From NCBI RefSeq assembly GCF_009914755.1, contig NC_060947.1: a stretch of DNA of 64,000 nt; one strand, 5' to 3'. Position numbers and translations under genes: made by a program. Origin of the DNA: the human T2T-CHM13v2.0 reference genome, Homo sapiens. The notes beneath the pieces were generated by a model, which had not been told where the DNA came from, searched no databases, and was given only the letters and a program-made list of their open reading frames with translations. How positions within the stretch are numbered: position 1 is the first letter of the stretch; every line of letters begins with the position of its first letter. Shown in pieces: positions 28,249 to 42,094 of this stretch.

Positions 28249-29118
28249 CAACAAATTAAGCTTCTAAATAAATGATAGTAAAGGACTTTATCTCATAAAA
28301 TAAAATAAAAATCCATGAGTCCACACTGATGTAATGAATAAGGAATAAAAGGAGAAGGGGAAGGTCCTTCTTGGAATAGAAAGCCAGCTAATAAATGTAG
28401 AAGAAATTATGAAATTAGAAATTTATCATTTGGCAACTATTATAGTAATAATTGTTTCTGGCAAGAATCTACTAAATCTAGTGTGTAGAATTTTGAGGAA
28501 TAGCAGAATATTTATATAGTTTCAAAATATCCCCCCCATAAGAAGCTTATTAATTACAAAGGGGAAAAATAGCTACTTCACAATGAGAAAACCCTGATAG
28601 ATATCACTTTAAACAAGGATCAAAATTAACATCACCAGTAGTGGCACCGATGGACATCATGTGCCTCCTGATACGATGCTCAAAGAACCCAATGTCACTT
28701 GAGGGTTATTCTTGACAAAAAATGTATAACCTGAATATAATCATGAGTAAGCCTCAGACAAACTAAAACTGAGGGATATGCTACAACTAGTTGATACCGT
28801 CAGAAATTTCAGTGTCTTGAAACACAAAGACTGTATTTTAGGTTAAGGGAGACTAACTAAATATGACAATTGAATGTACCACATGTTTCTGTATTTCATT
28901 TGCTGTATAAGACATTACTGGGACAATTAGAAAAATCTGAATGAAGTCTGTAGAGTAGATAAATAATATTGCACCAATGGTAATTTATCAGTTTTGATCA
29001 TTGGACTGTGGTTATGTCAGATAATTTCTTTGTTTACAGAAAATACACACAAAAGTATTTAGGGATAAAAGGGCATCATGTCTATGATTTATTCTCAAGT
29101 AGTCCCCCAAGATAGATA

Positions 29119-29345
29119 CAGATTAAGTATCCCTTATCTGAAAAGCTTGAGACCAGAAGTGCTTCAGATTTATAATTTGATTTTGTAATATTTGAGTTAT
29201 ACAGGTTCGGAGTCTTAAATAAAAATAACCAAAATCCAGCATGCTCCAATGAGCATTTCCTTTGAATATCGTGTTGGTTCTCAAAAAGTTTTGGATTTCA
29301 GAGTATGTTGGATTTCAGATTTCCAAATTCCAGATGTTCGATCTG
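29119..29345 (+). mobile_element. Tigger4a/MER46-type DNA transposon
   Basis: cagattaagtatcccttatc...gaccagaagtg...atgctccaatgagcatttcctttga...gatgttcgatctg, flanked by TA. Confidence 0.85.
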
Positions 29346-29434
29346 TATAATAATATGCAAATGAATAGCATTTATGTTAATATGTATATATGTAATAATA
29401 TATCTGTATTATATGTTACATATACGTATGCAAG

Positions 29435-30027
29435 AAAGTCCTTACTTCACAGAGATATTATATATCATATTAAAAAGAAAATTGTTAGAGACTTCAAACC
29501 AGCAGAGGTGAATGTCCCTGTCATCCCTTCAGATTCCAGAGCTGGGATCAGCCACGCCCAGAGGTCTGGTCCTGATGCTGGCAGAGTGGGGGGGCCCTCC
29601 TCCATACCTGACTGGCTGAGTGGCTTCATCACCACCGAGTGATGTGCTGAGGCCTCCTGCAGTGAATGCTCCTTCCATTCCTGTACTCGGGCAGTGCCAT
29701 TCAGCACAGGAGAGCTCTTTTTGCCTTTGGCTTTCAATTCCAAAACATGATTTAATTTCTAACTAAATTAGTATGGCACTAGTTATGAAGTATCTGCTTA
29801 AAACCCTTTATCATGATATCCTGTGGATTTAAAAACTCTAATTCCATGTTTTCTTCCCATCTGCCTTATATATCTCATCACTCTGCTTATCAATATTCAG
29901 TTTGATGAGCACTATTAACTAAAATATGAAACTTAACAAAAAAAAAAAGAAAATTGTGTAAGGTCTTAGCACAATGTTTGATACAATATAGATGCCTAAT
30001 ACACCTTAGCTATTGTTATCATTATTA
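29435..30027 (+). mobile_element. MIR 3' piece, split by a retrocopy
   Basis: agtccttacttcacagag...atta | gtaaggtcttagcacaatg...tagatgcctaata...ttagctattgttatcattatt. Confidence 0.6.
29486..29943 (+). pseudogene. 5'-truncated retroposed RNA fragment (3'-UTR-like), parent gene not identified
   Basis: Perfect 14-bp TSD aaaaagaaaattgt (29472-29485, 29944-29957) after TT; A-tail; variant signal ACTAAA at 29918-29923; no match to a repeat family I recognise. Confidence 0.75.
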
Positions 30028-30184
30028 ACACTTAGAAATCAGTTTATTCATCTCTAAAATTGGGTTAATTATGCACACACACTGGGTGTGTGGGAGGATT
30101 GAATGAGCTAATGCTTATAAAAGTGACATGTGAGCCCTAAAGTTCTCTGAAAAAGTGAAATCACCATTCATATAAATTTTTAAA

Positions 30185-30415
30185 AATTCTACGAGCACTT
30201 TTATAGTTCTTATTGTGCAGCAATATTAACTCATTTAATCTTTGTAGCAACCCTATTGAGGTAGGTACTATTACTGTCCCCATTTTATAGACAAGGCATC
30301 TGAAGTTCAGGAAGGGTAACTTGCCCAACATCGTATAACTAGTTTGTGGTAAATCCAGGCTTTTAGCTCAGACAATCTGACTCTAGAGTTTGTATTCTTA
30401 ACCACTATGCTATGC
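30185..30415 (-). mobile_element. MIR
   Basis: attaactcatttaatc...gaggtaggtactattactgtccccattttatagac...taacttgccca...ttcttaaccactatgctat. Confidence 0.85.
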
Positions 30416-31464
30416 AGATTGTCATTTCTTTGGCTACTACATCTTAATTTATGTATTCTAACACCTTCTCCAGGATTCAAGAGGAGTCATTAGACCAGGA
30501 TCCTAGAATATTCCAGGATTTGGTGACAATTTAATGGTAGCCCTCTCTATACAACTTAACATAGTGCCTTTCTTGGGTTTATATAAATGTTTATACCTTC
30601 TCTTTTCTTCTCACATTGAAGGAGACTTTTCTCTTTCGTATATCATTCTGCTACTTCCCTTACGTAAAATTATGAAGACGCCCTCTGATATTTCTTCTTT
30701 TTCTGAATCGTCCCCAGACCTGGACATAGCGGTCCACGTGTAACACTGGATAATGATTATACACAAGAAATGGAGCATAATGTTTTCCATTTTGTTTCCA
30801 GTCCCATTTCTGAAAATGACCATCCATTGGTCAGTAATTTGAGAGGCTGAGCTGTTAGGCAGCCTGCCTTTAACACAACTGGTACTCTCACACACTATTA
30901 AAATAGGACTCTGCAGTGATTTAGGGGGAGTCTAGAAATAATTTGCTTCTGTTATGCTTTTCTTTTTGTTTTCTTCAGTTAAGTCTAGATTATTATTATT
31001 TTCTCAGTGGTAAATAATTGATAAATAACTTCTGGAAAGGTGCCAATAGATACATAATAACTATTGCAATTTATAAGAAATACTGTGAAAATTAAGTTTC
31101 TGACTTACCTAAAATTTTAAAATATGAACTAAATTTTGGCAAATTTTCCGTCAAATGCTAGCTTCAGAAATCTACAGTTTAGGTCTTCTCACAGTGGATT
31201 CCTCCTTTAGTTGACAAATTGGCAAATATATGAGGCAATCATGGCTATAAGTAACAAAGGTATCGATACTTTCTCTTCTAAGCCTGTTAAAAAGCACTAG
31301 TGTTTTAACCATTTCTCTTTTAGAAAATTAGGAAATGTAACTATATTTTCATCATAAGTTTTAAAGGAATAACCAGAATAAGACAAAAGCAGCAAGAAAA
31401 TGGTTAAAACACAGACAAACACAAACACATAACAGCAGTTTGGTGGGCTGAAATGATGTCTCAC

Positions 31465-31620
31465 ATTTCTCTGAGTATCTGTTTTTCATCATTTTTTTCC
31501 TCTGTTCTTCAGTTGCATAAGCACTATTGATCTATGTTCAAGTTTAATGATTCTTTTTTCTCCACCTCAAACCTACTGTTGAATTCCTCTGGTGATTTTT
31601 TAAAATTTGAATTATACTTT
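31465..31620 (-). mobile_element. Old L1M ORF1-region fragment
   Basis: ctattgatctatgttcaagttta...ctactgttgaattcctctggtgattttt. Confidence 0.55.
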
Positions 31621-31624
31621 TCTT

Positions 31625-34600
31625 TTTTAACTTCTGTTTTTAGTATTTTGTTATTTCAATAGCTTTTGGTGTACAAGTGGCTTTTGGTTGCAAGGGTGAA
31701 TTATATAGGGGCAAATTCTGAGATTTTAGTGCACCTATCACCTGAGTAGTGTACGTTGTACCCAATATGTATTTTTTTTTAATCCCACATACCCCTTCCC
31801 AACCTCCCCATTATGAGTCTCCAAAGTCCATTATATCACTCTGTATATATGCCTTGCATACTCACAGCTTAGCTTCCACTTATAAATGGAAGCATACAGT
31901 ATTTGGTTTTCCATTCCTGAGTTACTTCACTCTGAATAATGGCCTCGAGTTTCATCCCAGTTGCTGCAAAAGACATTATTACAGTCCTTTTTATGACTGA
32001 GTACTATTACATGATGTATATATACCACATTTTCTTCATCCATTTTGGTTAATGGGCACTTAATGGTTGGTTCTATATCTTTGCAATTGTGAATTGTGCT
32101 GCAAGAAACATACATGTGCATGTGTCTCTTTGATATAATGACTTATTTTCCTTTGGGTAGACAACCAGTAGTGAGATTGCTGAATTGAATGGTAGATCTA
32201 CTTTTAGTTCTTTAAGAAATTTCCATACTGTTTTCCATAGAGGTTGTAGTAACTTACATTCCCACCAGCAGTGTATAAGTATTCCTCTTTCACCATATCC
32301 ATGCCAACATCTATTGTGTTCTGACTTTTTAATAATGGGATTTTTTGCAGGAATAAGGTGGTATATCATTGTGGTTTAATTTGCATTTTCCTGATGATTA
32401 GTGATGTTAAGCATTTTTCATATGTTTGCTGTCCACTTGAATATCTCCTTTTGAGAAAAGTCTGTTCATGTCCTTTGCCCACTTTTGATGGGATTATTAG
32501 TTTTTTTGTTTTTTTGTTTTTTCCTTGCTGATTTGTTTCAGTTCCTTGTAGATTCTGGATACTAGTCCTTTTTCAGATGCATAGTTTGAAAATATTTTCT
32601 CCCATTCTGTGGATTGTCTGTTTACTCTGATGATTATTTCTCTTGCTGTGCAGAAACTATTTAATTTAATCCGGTCCCATTTATTTATTTTTGTTTCTGT
32701 TGCATGTGCTTTGCGGGTGTCAGTCATGAATTCTTTGCTTAAGCCAACGTCCAGAAGAGTTTTTACAATGTTATCTTCTAGTGTTTTTATGGTTTCATGT
32801 CTTAGATTTAAGTCTTTGATCCACCTTGAGTTAACTTTTCTATAAGGTGAGAGATAGATATCGAGTTTCATTCTTCTACTTGTGGCTAGCCAGTTTTCCC
32901 AGTACCATTTATTAAATAGAGTGTATTTTCCTCAATTTACGCTTCTGTATGCTTTGTCAAAGATCAGTTAGTTGTAAGTATTTGGCTTTATTTTGGGGTT
33001 CTCTATTCTGTTCTATTGATCTATGTGCCTACTTTTTTTCCCCACCAGAACCATGCTGTTTTGGTAACTATAACCTTGTAGTATAACTTGATGTCCAATA
33101 AAGTGCTGCGTCTAGATTTATTCTTTGTGCTTAAGATTGATTTGGCAATTTGGGCTCTTTTTTGGTTCCATATGAATTTTAGGATTTTTTTTTCTAATTC
33201 TGTGAAAAACAATGTTGGTATTTTGAACAGAATTGCATTGAATCTGTAGATTGCTTTGGGGAGTATGGTCATTTTCACAATATTGATTATTGCAATCCAT
33301 CAGCATAGGATGTGTTTCCATTTGTTTGTATCATGTATGTTTTTTTTCAGCAGTGTTTTGTAGTTCCTCTTCTATAGAACTTTCATCTCCTTGGTTAAGT
33401 ATATTCCTAGATATTTTATTTGTTTTGCAGTTGTAAAAGAGATTGAGTTCTTTATTTGATTCTCAGCTTGATCATTGGTGCTGTATAACGGTGCTATCGA
33501 TTTGTTTACCTTGATTTTGTAACCCGAGAGTTTATTGAATTTATTTATCAAATCCGGGAGTCTTTTGGAAGAGTCTTTATGGTTTTCTAGGTATACGATC
33601 ATATCATCAGTGAACAGTGATAGTTTGACTTCCTTTTTTTCCGATTTGGATGCCCCTTTATTTCTTTCTCTTGCATGATTGCTCTGGCTAGAACTTCCAG
33701 TATTATGTTGAATAGAAATGATGAAAGTGGGCATTCTTGTATTGTTCCGTTTCTCAAGGGGAATGCTTTCAACTTGTCCCCATTCAGTTTGATGTTGGCT
33801 GTGGGTTTGTCATATATGGCTTTTCTTAACTTGAGGTAAGTCCTTTCTATGCCTAGTTTGTTTTGTCATAAAGGGATGCTGGATTTTAGTAAATGCTTTT
33901 TCTGCATGTATTGAGATGATTGTATGGTTTTTGTTTTTAATTCTGTTTATATGATGCATCACATTTTTTGACTTGTGTATGTTAAACCATCCCTGCATCC
34001 CTGGGATGAAAAAAAATTGAAAATGGCATATTATCTTTTTCATATGCTATTGGATCCAGCTAGCTAGCATTTTGTTGAGAATTTTTGCATCTATGTTCAT
34101 CAAGGATATTGATCTGTAGCTTTCTTTTTTGTTATGTCCTTTCCTGGTTTTGGTATCAGGGTGATACTGACTTCATAGAATGATTTAGGGAGCAATCCCT
34201 TTTTCTCAACGTTTTGGAATAATTTCAGTAGAATTGGTTTCAACTCTTCTTTGAACGTCTGGTAGACTTCAGCTGTGAAACCATCTGGCCCTTGGCTTTT
34301 TTAAAAAATTATTATTACCCATTCAATCTCACTGCTTGTTATTGGTGTGTTCAGAATTTCTGTTTCTTCCTGATTTCATATAGGAGGGTTGTGTATTTCC
34401 AGGAATTTATCCATTTCCTCTAGGTTTTCTAGTTTATGTACATAGAGGTGTTCATAGCAGTCTCAAACAAGCCCTGTTGTGTAGGTTGTAATGTCTCCAG
34501 TTTCATTTCTAATTGAGCCTATTCGAATCTTCTCTTTTCTTATCTTGGTAAATCTACCTAATGGTATACCAATTTTGTTTATGTTTTCAAAGAACAAGCT

Positions 34601-35232
34601 TTTTGTTTCATTGATCTTTTGTATTTTTTGTTTGCTTGTTTCAATTTCATTTAGTTCTGCTCTGATATTTGTTATTTCTTTTGTTCTGCTAAAATTCAGG
34701 TTTAGTTTGTTCTTGTTTCTCTAGTTCCTTGAGGTGTGACATTAGATTGTAGATTTGTAATCTTTCAGATCTTTTGATGTAGGCATTTAGCACTATAAAC
34801 TTTCATCTTAGCACTGCTTTTGCTGTATCTCAGCGGTTTTAATAACTTGTGTCACTATTGTCATTCATTTTAAAGAAATATTTAATTTCCATCTTGGTAT
34901 CATTGATAACCCAAAAATCATTCAGGAGTAGATTGTTTAATTTCCTTGTATTTATATAGTTTTGGGGGTTCATTTTGGAGTAATTTCTAGTTTTATTCCA
35001 TTGTGGTCTGAGAAGATACTTGATAATATTTTGATTTTCTTAAATTTATTGAGACTTGTTTTGCGGCCTATCATATGGTCAATCTTGGAAAGTATTCCAT
35101 GTACTGATGAATAGAATGTATATTCTGCATTTCTTGGGTAGAATGTTCTATAAATATCTTTTAGGTCCTTTTGTTCTAGAGTGTAGTTTAAGTCCGTTGT
35201 TTCTTTGTTGACTTTCTGTCTTGGTGATCTGT
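31625..35232 (-). mobile_element. L1PB1-like, 5'-truncated (ORF2 + 3' UTR)
   Basis: ORFs 32073, 32497, 33021, 33372 and 33810 are ORF2p pieces ([14 protein letters not shown]; HCWWECKL); L1PB-type 3' UTR ttcaatagcttttggtgtacaagtgg. Confidence 0.92.
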
Positions 35233-35234
35233 CA

Positions 35235-36415
35235 GGAAGTTTATATTTTTTGGCTGCACATTCAGCCAGGAACTAGTAGTTTAGAAGTTTCCACTCAATT
35301 CCTAAGACAGCACAGCCTTGGGTATGCCCCTAGTCTTATAGATTTCTAGGGATGACTGTGATATTATTTTTAGGCCTGGTTTCTTGGGAGTTGCTCTTGG
35401 GTCAGAGCAGCTTATTGTTTAGCATTTGGTCAGAGGTGTGTTTAAGCACCTTATGCCAAGTGAGGGTTCCACTCTATGTTGAGAGATCTGTGTGTGGCTT
35501 GGGGAATGCTTTCAGGTCTTCATCATGTTCTGTTCTGATTGCTCCTGAGTGAGTAAAACCTATCACATGCTCACAGCTTTCCCAGCCCAACAGATTTGAC
35601 TGTGATGCTAGGAGGGCTCTTCTTAACTATCTCTTTCTCTGATTCTCTCTATTAAACTTCCAGATGCTCTGCTATTTTGCTCATGTCATAGAGGTACCAA
35701 CTTCTTCTTAACTGGTCTCCACCAAGATTGCCACTGTTTTCTATAACACTCTTAGGCATGGAGTTCTTCATACTCTGTTTCATATTTAGTCTGTGGAGCT
35801 CTTCACCCTTATGGCCTGACTTTCTCCCTGGGACGAATCCCTATGACACTGGCCTAGAACTAGGGCCAGGGACCAAGGTTTTTTGGAGTGACAAACACAC
35901 TCTATGAGATTGGTACAGGAGGGAGGGTGGAAACCCCTGGTCTTCTTAGCTTTCCCCTCCTGGTGTGGACTGTCCGCCCTAAGAGCAACCTGGGGCAGAG
36001 ATAATTCAGGTCAGGATTCTTGGTTTGCCACACCTGGGGTAGATCTTCCATCCTGCAAGGCAAGGGGGCTCGGTCGGAGACCCAGTTATCTTGGCCATCC
36101 CTGCCTAGAATAGACCTTCTGCAACGTGGTGCTGGGGTAATAAGAAACATCAGCATCCTGACACCTCTTGGTGTGAAATCATAGCCCCAGACAGGGAGCT
36201 TCCATAACATGAAGCTGGGAGGGGTAGATAAGACTTTCATTGTTCTCACCAAAATTTAGTAAATTTACTTGAATGAATATTTCTCCATTTGCTGTATGCC
36301 CTTAGGACAATATTCATGTTAAATGATTGTTTTATATAATTTTCAGCAGCTCAATGATTGTTTTGCTAGAAAGAGCATCTGTTGAGCTGCTTATCCCATC
36401 ATTTCAGAAGTTCTC
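35235..36415 (-). mobile_element. Old L1M 5' region remnant
   Basis: Moderately GC-rich; ends in ttctccatttgctgtatgcccttaggac...tgattgttttg...catttcagaag, similar to L1M 5' ends. Confidence 0.55.
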
Positions 36416-36424
36416 TCTACCTTC

Positions 36425-36530
36425 ATTTTTTTATTAGGGGGAGAAACTGAAGCCCAGAGAAATTATGAATTGCCTATATCATTAAAGAGGCTGTGACCAA
36501 AACCCAAATCCAATATTCTTTTCCATTATT
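36425..36530 (-). mobile_element. MIR fragment
   Basis: gagaaactgaagcccagaga...gaattgcct...aatattcttttccattat. Confidence 0.55.
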
Positions 36531-36884
36531 CCAGGTGCTTCAAGTAAAATGGTCACTGGTTTACATTTCTGCTTGTGTCGTAGCTGAGTAGATGCGAGCC
36601 AAGTGAAGGGTTAAAATTATGGATAGATCCAATAATTCAAGTTCAAAATTGATTCACTAAATCAATGTGTTGTCAACTGACCTTACTGTGTCCTTGATGC
36701 TTTTACTTTTGTGCTTCACTGATCCTCATTTTCCCCAGTTTATCTCTCTCCCAACCCTTACATATACTATAGGGGGTCCTTGGGGAGTGGTGAAATTTCC
36801 AGAACAATTATTTTACTGAGAAAGCACACATAACTTTGAGGCTGTTTGGTGAATATTGGCTTATCACACTTTGAACAGGTGGGC

Positions 36885-37110
36885 TGGTGCAGGAAATAGA
36901 ATCCAGACTTTGACATCAAACTTAGTTTCAGATTATAACTTGACCACTTCCTAGTTTGGTGTTCTCAGGGCATGTTAGACAATCTGTATTAGTCTCAATT
37001 TCTGAATCTGCAAAATGGGCATAATAAAACTTGGCAGGGTGTTGTAAGGAGTCAGTGTAGTTAGGTGGGTATAGAATCTGGCACGGAACAGGGATTCAGT
37101 TTGTTAGCAG
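36885..37110 (+). mobile_element. MIR
   Basis: cagactttgacatcaaac...ccacttcctag...tctcaatttctgaatctgcaaaatgggcataata...ggttgtaagg. Confidence 0.7.
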
Positions 37111-37894
37111 CTTCTTCTCATCTCTGTGCCATTGCTGTTAGAGAGAAGTTGGTTACTAGGTTTCACTTATTGCTTTTTTTTTTTTTTTTTTTTTTTTTTG
37201 CAGATTGTTGCTTACTTTCTTGTTCCCTGATGATATCTCTTAGATGTAATGTTGTTCAATTGATGCACATCCTTCATACTTTACATAATATAGTGCTTTA
37301 CCTAATGTTAAATTTAGTACTTTACATAATATTAAAAGAGCAGAACTGCCTTGGAGGTAGATAGAGTCTAGATATCAGGTCATTTTTGTCCTAGTTTGTG
37401 AATTTAGGGTTTCTACTTTCATCCAGTTTCTTGCCTGTTTTTGTGACTGTCCCCTTAACCTCTGTTATCAGAGCATCTAGAAATAGTGAAGAATTCACTA
37501 AATTAGTAGTCTGGAGTTCAAAGGGCAATTGTTTTATGTAAGTGTTTTAAAAGCTTATCCTCCGAAACGTAAGCAATCCAGTAAATCTATCCAGTGTAAG
37601 TGTGTTATGATTGGGATGGATTAACCTCATTCCACTAAAAGAGAAATGCAGAACTCTATGTTGCAGCCAAGGTGCACTGGTTAATGTCCATATGGATTGA
37701 CAAAGTGGTTGTTTGGTTGTAAGCTGACATTTTGCTTTCCAACCTCAGAATTTGTTCATGAAATTGGTATGTGCCTTAGAGTCTGCTTAGAGTGAATAAA
37801 GGATATGTGCATGTGTGTATGTTTGCTTTGGGAGGAGGGGACTAAATGTGGCCTTGGAAGTTCGTAGAAAGGTCATGATGAGTCACCAAAGATC

Positions 37895-38138
37895 ATAATG
37901 GTAAAACATTATGTTGTGCTTATAATGTTGAGGGCCTATTCTAAGTGCTTCATATATTAATTAATTCACTGAATGCTGACAACATCTCTGTAAGGTAGTT
38001 ATGATTATTATTCACATTTTACAGATGAGGATACTGAGGCATAGGAAAGTTAAATGACTTGCCCATGATCAAACAGGGTTGGCATACAAACTAAAATGGG
38101 CCAGCTTCAAATTTGATACTGCCAATTACTATGCTGCC
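37895..38138 (-). mobile_element. MIR
   Basis: tattctaagtgctt...cattttacagatgaggatactgaggcatagg...aatgacttgccca. Confidence 0.85.
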
Positions 38139-38772
38139 TCTTACATAATGATGTGGGGTAAGAAGCATTCAAACGGCTTTCATTACCCTTAAAGCCATAT
38201 TTTTCAGCTAAGTAGCCTCAGCAGAGGCTTCCCTGTGAGGAAACAGCAGAGTGTACTGCTCTTCTCAAGCCTTGTCACTGATGGTGGCAGTCTGGCTCAA
38301 CAGAATGTCTCCCAGTCAGTGCTGGGAGGGTTCTGCTCTCCACCTCAGCAGGAGAATATGTAGGTCTGGCTCTAGGGCCTCTCATCAGCTCCAGAGATCA
38401 GCAGAGACGCCATTGTGAAGGGTTGTTGATAGAGAAGTTGCATTTGATTCTTGAGAGATCTCTGGGAGATTGCACATGGATATTTCAAGGCAAGGAGCAG
38501 AGGCTGCTATCTTAGAAGCTTCCCAGTGCAACACTGCAGTGACATCCATGAGGAAGGGAGCAGAGAAAGAATATCACCAGGGCCCAGCGGGACTGTTCTA
38601 AGGCCGTAAGTGTGAGAGCAGCTGGCTCTCTTACTAGAATCTGGAAAAATGTAACCATGAAAGTGAGATGCTTCAACAACATTTCCATCTGAACTGTACC
38701 TTAGGGAGAATTCATATGCCAGGTGGCTTCAAACACAAAATATGGCTGCTAACAGCATTAGGTGTTGTCTAT

Positions 38773-39138
38773 TATCTTAGTCTATTTTCTCTGCTATAAC
38801 AGAATACCACAGACAGGGTAACTTATAAAGAACAAAAGTTTAATTGGCTCTTGGGCTTGGAGGGTGAGAAGTCCAAGAGTGTGATGCTGGCATCTGGCAA
38901 GGGTCACCCCATGGCAGAAGATCAGAAGGTGAAAGCAAATGTAGGAGACAGAGAAAAAATAGTGGTCGAACTTATTTTTTTTCAGGAGACCACTCCCACA
39001 ATAACAGCATTAATCCACTGGTGAGGGCAAAGCCTTCATGCCTAATCACTTTTTAAAGGCCCTGCCTCTTAGTAGTGTTACAATGGCAATTAAGATTCCA
39101 ATATATGAGCTTTTGGGGGACACAGTCAAACCATAGCA
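38773..39138 (-). mobile_element. MSTC/MSTD-like solo LTR
   Basis: tcttagtctattttctctgctataacagaatacc...gcattaatcc...caaaccatagca; TSD tctat/cctat. Confidence 0.9.
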
Positions 39139-40364
39139 CCTATATGAATGGGTCTGTAAGCATAGGATGCATTCTCTTTGTGTTGAATCTATTCCCAAGG
39201 CTAGTCGCTCATTTGTTACTTCTCAAAGTATTTCTTTGATGTAATGTAGGCCCCTGAAATGAATAACTAAACAAATGATTAACCACAGAACTCAGCATCA
39301 ACATAGGCACATTATGATGCTTTGCATCATCTCTCAATGAGAGATGTTGTCTGACATTTTCCCTACTGCAGGAGGGCTGGAGAACAAAAGATACTCAGAA
39401 AATCTATCCTAAATTCAATAATCAGTAATTGTACTAAAACAATTTAAGAAGAGGTATTTTCTACCTCTATCCTCAGCCTCATAGGAGACCTTTGTTCTTT
39501 TGTCTCTGCAATGGGGAGCATCTTTCCTAAGAGGATACGATATCTTATGCATTTAAGAGAAAGGGAGAAAAAAATGTGTAATAAGCTAGAGTTACACATA
39601 TCTAAGATGTTATTCTCAGTTGTTAATTCAATCAGGGGACTTATCCAGCTTTTTCTCTAGTCGAATGAAGGCATTTGATACCTTGTCTATATTCAAATTG
39701 ATTTCCTCTTACAAACTAACAGGTGCAAATGACTGCTTAAAATGGATTGATTGATACCATACCCTAGAGTCTGCTAACTCTTAAGATCATAGCTGTTGAG
39801 AATCTCAAAAAAGATTTTGGCTCATCGGCCTGCAGTGGAATCCCAACGGGTGTAAAAAAGGAGTAAAGGAGCTGTTGCAACTCCTGCCCTACAAAGGAGG
39901 AGAAAGAGCCCACTTTCACTCAGCTCTGTGTTGCCAGGACCAAAAATGACCTTGTTTCTGTTCTCTTGCTTCCACTGCCTGCATCCTATTCTTTATGTCC
40001 CTATGCCTCCTTCTCCTCTTCTCTTTCCTTTCTTCCCCTTTTCTCTACTGTCCTGTTTTGTCCTCTTGATTTTCTTCTTTTCCCTTGACTTTTCATTTTG
40101 AGTTTTCCCTTATTGTCATGACAAAATTGAATTTGCGTTTTTCTAGTGGGTAACAATGCTGAACATATTTTCATGGCTTATTTGCCATCCTTTTATCCTG
40201 TTTGCCCATCTTTTGATTGGGTTGTTTGTTTTCTTTTGATGGAGCTTGAGATATATAGATAGATAGATATTATGGATATAAGTCCCTTGGCAAATTATTT
40301 CATTTACAATTATTTCCTTATCATCTGTGGATTTCATTTTCATTCTCTTAACAGCTTATTTTAG

Positions 40365-40739
<375 letters not shown>

Positions 40740-40760
40740 TTATTTTTAAAAGCAGAAGTA

Positions 40761-41127
<367 letters not shown>

Positions 41128-41802
41128 TTATGTAACTTGTTATTTTATGACTTATGCTTTTTGGTGTTGTACCTGGAAATCTTTGCCTAACCAAGGTCTC
41201 AATGAATTTCTCCTATATTTCCTGATGAAAGTTTTATAGTTTTAGGTTTCACAATCATGTCAATGAGCTATTTCGAGTTATTTTTTGTATATGGTGCAAG
41301 GTATGATAAAAGTTCATTTTTTGCATATAGATATCCAATTGTTCCAGCTCCATTTATGGAAAAGTCTATTATTTCTCCAGTGAATTGCCTTTGCAACTCT
41401 GTCAATAATCAGTTGAGCATATGTGTAAGTCTATTTCTGGACATTCTGTTATGTTCTATTGGTTTATTTGTCTGTCTTTATGGCAGTACCACACTTTTTA
41501 GCTCATGGTAGGTTTACATTAAAACTTTAAAATAGGTAGTGTTAACACTCCAACTTCGTTCTTCTTTTTAAAAGTTATTTTGAATATTCTAGGTCCTGTG
41601 CAATGTCATGTGTATTGTAAAGCAGCTTGTCAAACACTACACAAAGTCTGCTGGGATTTTGACTGGGATCACACTAAATCCACAGACAAATTTTGAGATA
41701 TTTGACATCTTAACAAAATAGAGTCTTCTAATTCATGAATATATCTCCCCACGTATCTAGATCTTCTTTAATTTTGCTCAGCAATATTTTCAGTTTCAGT
41801 GT

Positions 41803-42094
41803 GAGATTTTAAAAAAAATTTGTGGGTATGTAGTAGGTGTATGTATTTGTGGGTTACATGAGATGTTTTGATACAGGCATGCAATGCATAATAATTACAT
41901 CATGGAGAATGGGGTATCCATCCCCTCAAGCATTTATCCTTTGTGTTATAAACAGTCCAATTATACTCTTTGTGATTTGACAATGTACAATTAATTTTTT
42001 TTACTGTAGTCACCCTGTTGTGTTACCAAATACTAGGTCTTATTCATTCTTTCTAACTATGGAGTTGGTGGGGGAAGAAAGGAGGGTTATTGGG
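41803..42094 (-). mobile_element. L1MA1-3-like 3' fragment with a short 5' inversion
   Basis: 3' UTR antisense at 41803-42060; 42061-42094 inverted; TSD ttcagtgt (41795-41802, 42095-42102). Confidence 0.8.

Noticed and set aside
29262-29743. 126-aa and 92-aa ORFs over the orphan retrocopy
   Set aside because: They cross the TSD into Tigger/MIR sequence and show no recognisable protein similarity.
37173-37203. Poly(T)-gcag as a splice acceptor or retro-tail
   Set aside because: A simple mononucleotide run with no downstream donor, TSD or element body identified.
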